Under the pieces are notes generated by a model. That model was not told where the DNA came from. It searched no databases and saw nothing but the letters and a program-made list of their open reading frames with translations. Below are positions 58,961-64,000 of a stretch of 64,000 bases of DNA, in pieces. Position 1 is the first letter of the stretch; every line of letters starts with the position of its first letter. Position numbers and translations under genes: made by a program. Location: positions 80,174 through 144,173 of IMG/VR virus record IMGVR_UViG_3300033149_003715, one strand, 5' to 3'. This stretch comes from a virus.

Positions 58961-59035
58961 TGCGTGGGTTCCTAATTTGTGGTTTTAGTAAAAAACATCG
59001 TGTGTGCAAATTGGGCAATCTTTCGTCGGGTTAGT

Positions 59036-59470
59036 TTAGTCAATGTGTTTTGATTTTCGGTCAAATAACCTAATGCAAACGTCCCACATTTTTTTTGTTT
59101 TTGTTTTGCCGTCGAGAAATGTGAATTTTGGATATATTTTCTTTAAGTACAATAGTCTTTTTTGGAGGTAAATTTTGATGTCAACAGTTGTCAATAGTTG
59201 CACGTAAATATTGCCCGCTTGATGTACAAATACCGATTTTACAAATGGATCATCATAGTAAGGTAATATGGATGTTTTCTTGAATCTTAAAGATTTCAAA
59301 AATTGACATGTTTCCGGAGTGTATTTTGCAAACAAATCCCATCGAGGTGAATGATGAGTGTTATCGAAAAACTTTTCACCTATCAGGTAGAATTTTATGT
59401 AACAATTTGTTAACTGCTCAAGAAGATAATCAGATATTAGGTTTGTGGTGTTGGTACCCAAAATAAGCAT
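59036..59470 (-). CDS. nucleotidyltransferase paralog with degenerate active site
   Basis: FYLIGEKFF...PRWDLF: GS and the first Asp are lost. Confidence 0.7.
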   Translation of the reverse strand: MLILGTNTTNLISDYLLEQLTNCYIKFYLIGEKFFDNTHHSPRWDLFAKYTPETCQFLKSLRFKKTSILPYYDDPFVKSVFVHQAGNIYVQLLTTVDIKIYLQKRLLYLKKIYPKFTFLDGKTKTKKMWDVCIRLFDRKSKHID

Positions 59471-59508
59471 CGTAAATCCTTTTTTGAATTAGAATGATGA
59501 AATGTTAC

Positions 59509-59775
59509 TTACTTGGTGGATCCAGTTACTATTTCGTAGATTTTTTTGCACAAATTATGCGTAATGCCATCGGCAAAGAGTTTCAGTAGTGCAATTGTCT
59601 CCCTTTTGCTGTATCCCTCGATTTTGGGATATTCGCCGTTTTCGATGCTGTACATTAGACTTTTTGTTAAAGCATCTATTTTTTTTGTTACAATTGTATC
59701 GGATGGGATTTGAATGGCAAGTTCTTCCAGCAAATTGTGGAATATTTTCGTGCAATCTTTTGGGTTTTCTTGCAT
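59509..59775 (-). CDS. hypothetical protein
   Basis: 88-aa ORF with AAGGA RBS. Confidence 0.6.
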   Translation of the reverse strand: MQENPKDCTKIFHNLLEELAIQIPSDTIVTKKIDALTKSLMYSIENGEYPKIEGYSKRETIALLKLFADGITHNLCKKIYEIVTGSTK

Positions 59776-59882
59776 GATTTGTTCCTTTTTGGTTTAGTAA
59801 ACCCTTTTGAGTAATTTGATCGAAAAAATAAAAACGGCGTTTGCAGAAATCCTTTTTGAACTAAAGAATTTTTTGTTATGAT

Positions 59883-60299
59883 TTACGTTATTTTTTGCAT
59901 ATAGAAAAACAGATTTGTCATCGCTTTCCAGACTAGATGTCTATAACATTTGGGAAGATATGTCCAAAAATTTGGATGCTTTTTTGTTGTTTCCAACAGG
60001 CTATTTTGAATATGTTCTTTTATGCGTGCGTTTTTGACACATTGCACGTGAATATTTGCTTGCTTGTGTGCATAAACTATGTTTGTTAACATATCAAAGT
60101 AGTGGTATTTGTTTTCTTCAACAAATCCCCAATTTTCTAGCACTTTTCTAATTTGTGGTGAATCTTCTACGAAGAAATCCCAATCCGAATTTTCGTGGTG
60201 TGTACCGAAGAACCTACTTCCAGTCAGGAAAAACTTGAAGTTGCTGTTTTCCATTTCCGTAATGGTGTAAACAGTTGAATTTACCTTACAAATGATCAT
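59883..60299 (-). CDS. minimal nucleotidyltransferase paralog
   Basis: FFLTGSRFFG...SDWDFF. Confidence 0.8.
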   Translation of the reverse strand: MIICKVNSTVYTITEMENSNFKFFLTGSRFFGTHHENSDWDFFVEDSPQIRKVLENWGFVEENKYHYFDMLTNIVYAHKQANIHVQCVKNARIKEHIQNSLLETTKKHPNFWTYLPKCYRHLVWKAMTNLFFYMQKIT

Positions 60300-60351
60300 G
60301 ATTCACTCCATTTTAGTTTGGGGTTGAACAAACAAACATAGACTATGCAAA

Positions 60352-60425
60352 TGAGAACGGTGGGATTTGAACCCACGATCTTCGGATTAAAAGTCCGATG
60401 CTTTACCAGACTAAGCTACGTTCCC
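60352..60425 (-). tRNA. tRNA-Lys(UUU), copy 1
   Basis: GGGAACG acceptor, TCGGA-CTTTTAA-TCCGA, GTTCAAATC. Confidence 0.95.
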
Positions 60426-60578
60426 ATTTCCTTATAAAACACACCAGGGTAGTTTAGTTAATTCACACCAATTTTGGTTGAATTTCCTAAACACCCTGGG
60501 CTTTGTTATCTAATCCCACCAGACTTCTCTGAAGTGGGATTGTTTGTTTTTTCCTCTTGGGTTACGTTCTTGCTGTTT

Positions 60579-60995
60579 TTATATGCTTCCTCGCATATAG
60601 TAAGCAAATTCTATCATTGTTTGCCAAAGTTCATATTCCCGTTTTTTGGAAATGTTTTTGAAGAAGGATGGGTGTTTTTTGCTTGTTACTAGTAAGCTGT
60701 TTTGAACATGTTCTTTTACGTGTATATCCTTGACACATTGCACGTGTACGTTGGCACTTTGATGTACGTACACTTTGCTCGTTAACCCATCGGAATATGA
60801 GTTTTTCTCTTCAGTGAAGCCTAAATTTTCAAGTTCTTTTCTGACTTCCGGACAATCCGCTACGTAAAAATCCCAGTCGGAATTCACCGTGTACGTGCCG
60901 AAAAATCTGCTTCCGGTTAGGTAGTAGTTTGCTTGACTTTGTGCCATCTTGTTGAAGATGCTTTCAAACGAGTTTTCCGGGCTGATCAATGTCAT
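60579..60995 (-). CDS. minimal nucleotidyltransferase paralog
   Basis: YYLTGSRFFG...SDWDFY. Confidence 0.8.
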   Translation of the reverse strand: MTLISPENSFESIFNKMAQSQANYYLTGSRFFGTYTVNSDWDFYVADCPEVRKELENLGFTEEKNSYSDGLTSKVYVHQSANVHVQCVKDIHVKEHVQNSLLVTSKKHPSFFKNISKKREYELWQTMIEFAYYMRGSI

Positions 60996-61047
60996 GATCT
61001 ACTCCTCTTTAGTTAGGGACTGAACGAGTAAACACAAACTATACAAA

Positions 61048-61121
61048 TGAGAACGGTGGGATTTGAACCCACGATCTTCGGATTAAAAGTCCGATGCTTT
61101 ACCAGACTAAGCTACGTTCTC
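61048..61121 (-). tRNA. tRNA-Lys(UUU), copy 2
   Basis: Identical to copy 1 except acceptor position 2 (GAGAACG). Confidence 0.95.
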
Positions 61122-61144
61122 TGTGAAGTGGAATTGTTTGTTTT

Positions 61145-61558
61145 TTATATTTCTTGTACTTGCATAATTAGGTTTACAAGTGTTTGCCACAACCATTTTT
61201 TTCGGCTTTTGCTTGCATTTTTCAAGAAACTGGGAATTTCATTGCTTAATTCTGCTATGCAATCTTGAATTACTGTTTTTGCCCAAACATTTTTGACGCA
61301 TTGCACATGTATTCTAGCACTTTGATGTACGTATACTTTGTTTGTTAAATCATCGGAGTATGAATTCTGTTCTTCAACGAAACCCAGATTTTCAAGTTCT
61401 TTTCTAACTTCTGGACAATCTTCTGTGAAGAAATCCCAATCTGAATTTTCATTGTGTGTGCCGAAAAATCTACTTCCCGTGAGATAGAATTCTTGGTTGC
61501 TGTTTTCCATTTCGGGGAAAACGTTCGTAATTAGCCTTTTCGGGTTGATCAATGTCAT
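61145..61558 (-). CDS. minimal nucleotidyltransferase paralog
   Basis: FYLTGSRFFG...SDWDFF. Confidence 0.8.
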   Translation of the reverse strand: MTLINPKRLITNVFPEMENSNQEFYLTGSRFFGTHNENSDWDFFTEDCPEVRKELENLGFVEEQNSYSDDLTNKVYVHQSARIHVQCVKNVWAKTVIQDCIAELSNEIPSFLKNASKSRKKWLWQTLVNLIMQVQEI

Positions 61559-61571
61559 GATCTACTCCTCT

Positions 61572-61838
61572 TTAGTTAGGGACTGAACGAGTAAACACCG
61601 ATTTGTTTGTGTGTGTACGAACACAACGTTTCTGCCCACAAATCTTGAAAAATCTGTGGTCAAAACAATAAACCCCGGCAATTTTTGTACCGTTGTTTTT
61701 ATGTTTTGTTTTGTTTTCAAAAAAGAGTTGGGCAGATTCTACGGAAAAGTTGTTGGGAGTGTTGAAGATAATGAAGTAAGGTTCTCTAGTTTGGAGAACA
61801 TACTGGGCGACGATTTTTTCTGCTTTTTGAATTGTCAC
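61572..61838 (-). CDS. hypothetical protein
   Basis: 88-aa ORF, GTG start. Confidence 0.5.
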   Translation of the reverse strand: MTIQKAEKIVAQYVLQTREPYFIIFNTPNNFSVESAQLFFENKTKHKNNGTKIAGVYCFDHRFFKICGQKRCVRTHTNKSVFTRSVPN

Positions 61839-61900
61839 TGGTTAAATCCTGTAAATTTTCGATTTTTTCCAAATATTGGAATAATCCTCCCAAGAAGAAT

Positions 61901-62350
61901 TTAGCCCAAGTTATCACCCATTGATTCCCAATATTTTGTGTCATGTATTAGATTCAAAGCCATTTGCCAAAGTTCTCGTTTGTTTTGTTTAGACAAGTAG
62001 TTTAGCATACCAGTTTTTTTGTTGAGTTCGAGCAAATTGTCTTTGATGAGCGTTTTTGCACCAACATTGTTCACACATTGGATATGCACATCGGCTTCTT
62101 TGTGTACGTACACTTGATTTGTTAGTGAGTCCAACAAATAAGCTGGACTGTTTTCGAGAACAAATCCCCAACTTTCAAGTTCTTTTCTGACTTCTGGACA
62201 ATCTTCCGTGTAAAAATCCCAATCAGAATCTTTTGTGTGGGTATCGAAAAACCTGCTTCCGGTAAGATAAAAGTTTTTGTTGCTGTTGTTCATTTGATCG
62301 AAAATATGATTGATTGTATCACAGGTTTTATGCATGTCAATCAATGTCAT
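61901..62350 (-). CDS. minimal nucleotidyltransferase paralog
   Basis: FYLTGSRFFD...SDWDFY. Confidence 0.8.
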   Translation of the reverse strand: MTLIDMHKTCDTINHIFDQMNNSNKNFYLTGSRFFDTHTKDSDWDFYTEDCPEVRKELESWGFVLENSPAYLLDSLTNQVYVHKEADVHIQCVNNVGAKTLIKDNLLELNKKTGMLNYLSKQNKRELWQMALNLIHDTKYWESMGDNLG

Positions 62351-62657
62351 AATCTACTCCTTTTTGGTGATTTGGTAAGTTAACAAAAAACTTTTCACCT
62401 GGCTTTGTATTTGGGCTGACTATCTACGCGGCTAGTTTACCTAAATCACCCAGTTTGTGTTTTGTGTTTAATTATCCTGGTTTGTGCAAATTGCCCATTT
62501 TATCCAGTTTCCCAGGATTGCGTAGTTTATCTGTTTTACCCAGTTTTCCAGGGTTATGTAATTTATCCAAGTTATTTATTGTACCTATTTTATTTTAGGT
62601 TATATTATTTCAATATAGGTACAATAGATAATTTGGGTAATTTGTTTTTTGCCCATT

Positions 62658-62686
62658 AAAAAACCCCCCCGAATAACCGGGGGGGT
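62658..62686 (-). terminator. rho-independent terminator
   Basis: ACCCCCCCG-GTTATT-CGGGGGGGT followed by a T run, just after the 62706..63242 stop. Confidence 0.85.
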
Positions 62687-62705
62687 AGGTTGGCCAAGCA
62701 GTTAG

Positions 62706-63242
62706 CTACTCGGCTTCGTTAAACAGTTGATTGCGGAGATCATCAAGGTCGATATCCGCACCTACTGGCGTCGGCAATGCTGCTGCAAGGGTTTGAAGGT
62801 CGTGAGTGGAAGACGATTTTCCACGGCCATGGGAACGGGGGATGTCGAGGTGATACAAGATCTTTTTTCCGTGTTTGAGAATTTCTTCCTCCTCTTTCTT
62901 CCCCTCTTCGGGGGTGATTTCCTCCGCCGTGATTCTCCGTTTTACGTCCATGAGTTTCGTCCTGCAATCCATCTTCACTTGCTCTTGCAGGGCTCTCACA
63001 CTGTTATACGCTTTGTTGAGATCCCAAGGCGTTCGTCGCGGTTGATCCTTTGCGAATTGTGCGTTAACTGTTAACGCCACCTCCTCGCAGGTTCCTTTGG
63101 CTTGCTTTACTTTGCCGCAGATCCCCAATAGGGTGAGGGTTTCTTTCCCCACTGGCAGTACGAGAAACCTTTGCCTTTTCTTGGTGGTTGGGGAAGCGAT
63201 TTCAACGGGAGTCGTTGAAGCCAATACGTTTTTGTTGCTCAT
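62706..63242 (-). CDS. hypothetical protein (higher GC than neighbours)
   Basis: 178-aa ORF with GGAGG RBS and downstream terminator. Confidence 0.75.
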   Translation of the reverse strand: MSNKNVLASTTPVEIASPTTKKRQRFLVLPVGKETLTLLGICGKVKQAKGTCEEVALTVNAQFAKDQPRRTPWDLNKAYNSVRALQEQVKMDCRTKLMDVKRRITAEEITPEEGKKEEEEILKHGKKILYHLDIPRSHGRGKSSSTHDLQTLAAALPTPVGADIDLDDLRNQLFNEAE

Positions 63243-63284
63243 TGTGAGCCCTCCAACTAGGGGTAAATGGGAAACGAAAAGTAG

Positions 63285-63581
63285 TTAGTTGTTTTCTGCG
63301 GTTTCTTCCATGATTTCTCTTTGTAGGCGTTGCCAATCAGCCAATTCATTCTCACAAAGTTTTTCAACTCCAACCGTGAAAGTGACAAATACAGATGTTA
63401 GCTCATTAAAGTCTAACAGGTGTAATATGGGGATTTCTCCGTTCCATATTTTACACCTGAGTTGCCTTGCCCCTTCCGCAACGTCTGAAGCATTATAGTG
63501 ATCTAGGTTACCCGGAAAAATCGCTTTAATGAGAGTTTTCAGGGCATTTGTTACGTTTTTGTTTTGGATACTCAAACTCAC
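63285..63581 (-). CDS. hypothetical protein
   Basis: 98-aa ORF with GGAGG RBS. Confidence 0.65.
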   Translation of the reverse strand: MSLSIQNKNVTNALKTLIKAIFPGNLDHYNASDVAEGARQLRCKIWNGEIPILHLLDFNELTSVFVTFTVGVEKLCENELADWQRLQREIMEETAENN

Positions 63582-63814
63582 GGTTTAGCCTCCAATACTA
63601 GGAGAAGGGGGAACGGGTTCGGTGATACGATCAGGTTACCATATTATCGGCTAGGGGACAAGCCGAGAACCACCTTTTCTTGGAAAATCAGAAAAGTATT
63701 TATCTTCTGGAAAATGCTAACACCCGATGTATGTAGCACCTATAAAGTATTCCAACCACCCATAATAGGGCCTACAATTGGGGGTAAAATCCCACCTAGA
63801 ATCTATCAGTGATT

Positions 63815-64000
63815 ATGGGGGAATAAATGGTATCTATGGTTCTAGTAAAATCGGGGAATGAGGGAGGATCTGTGGCTTTAGTAAAGTTGGGGGGATGAAG
63901 GGGGATCTGCGGCCCTGGTGAAATTGGGGGGATGAAGGGGGATCTGCGGCCCTGGTGAAATTGGGGGGATGAAGGGGGATCTGCGGCCCTGGTGAAATTG
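63815..64000 (+). repeat. G-rich 37-bp tandem repeat, runs off window
   Basis: Unit GGGGGGATGAAGGGGGATCTGCGGCCCTGGTGAAATT; three perfect copies from 63889 plus two degenerate copies to the left. Confidence 0.93.

Noticed and set aside
57516-62350. NTases as classical CCA-adding enzymes because the tRNA genes lack encoded CCA
   Set aside because: At ~140 aa they lack the additional domains of CCA-adding enzymes; the host enzyme would suffice.
280-63812. Plus-strand ORFs in the track
   Set aside because: Almost all are antisense shadows of minus-strand genes or tRNAs, with no motifs or RBS.
63815-64000. CRISPR array
   Set aside because: Units are contiguous with no unique spacers; no cas genes.

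Overview
AT-rich, densely coded segment of a large (jumbo-type) bacteriophage genome. Essentially all credible genes lie on the minus strand, so it reads from 64000 towards 1. The right part (about 29.7-63.6 kb) looks like an early/accessory region built from paralog expansions: about 21 copies of a ~130-aa 'YYKVV...GT...VKL' family, 7 copies of a 'MCL...GYKVV...GFH' family, 7 minimal Pol-beta-type nucleotidyltransferases interleaved with two tRNA-Lys genes, and 4 copies of a 'WISQK' family. It also carries a NAMPT-like enzyme, an RNA ligase, a macrodomain, DUF932, a GP88-like protein and a WYL-like protein. The middle has ruvB with a RuvA-like gene, an RlmN-like radical SAM enzyme and a ~14 kb glycan-modification cluster. 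The left part has two DNA methyltransferases, Hsp20, a papain-like peptidase module, a sigma-like protein, thyX and clpP. The most striking observation is that the RlmN-like enzyme lacks the resolving cysteine (E. coli C118 equivalent is Gly), while its AACGQL catalytic-cysteine motif sits in a separate 44-aa ORF with its own ribosome-binding site, suggesting a two-component peptide-to-RNA cross-linking system. Also notable are a D-armless tRNA-Ile(UAU)-like RNA, a duplicated ~200-240 nt non-coding element, and a G-rich 37-bp tandem repeat at the window end. All family assignments come from motif recognition by eye; no database searches were run.
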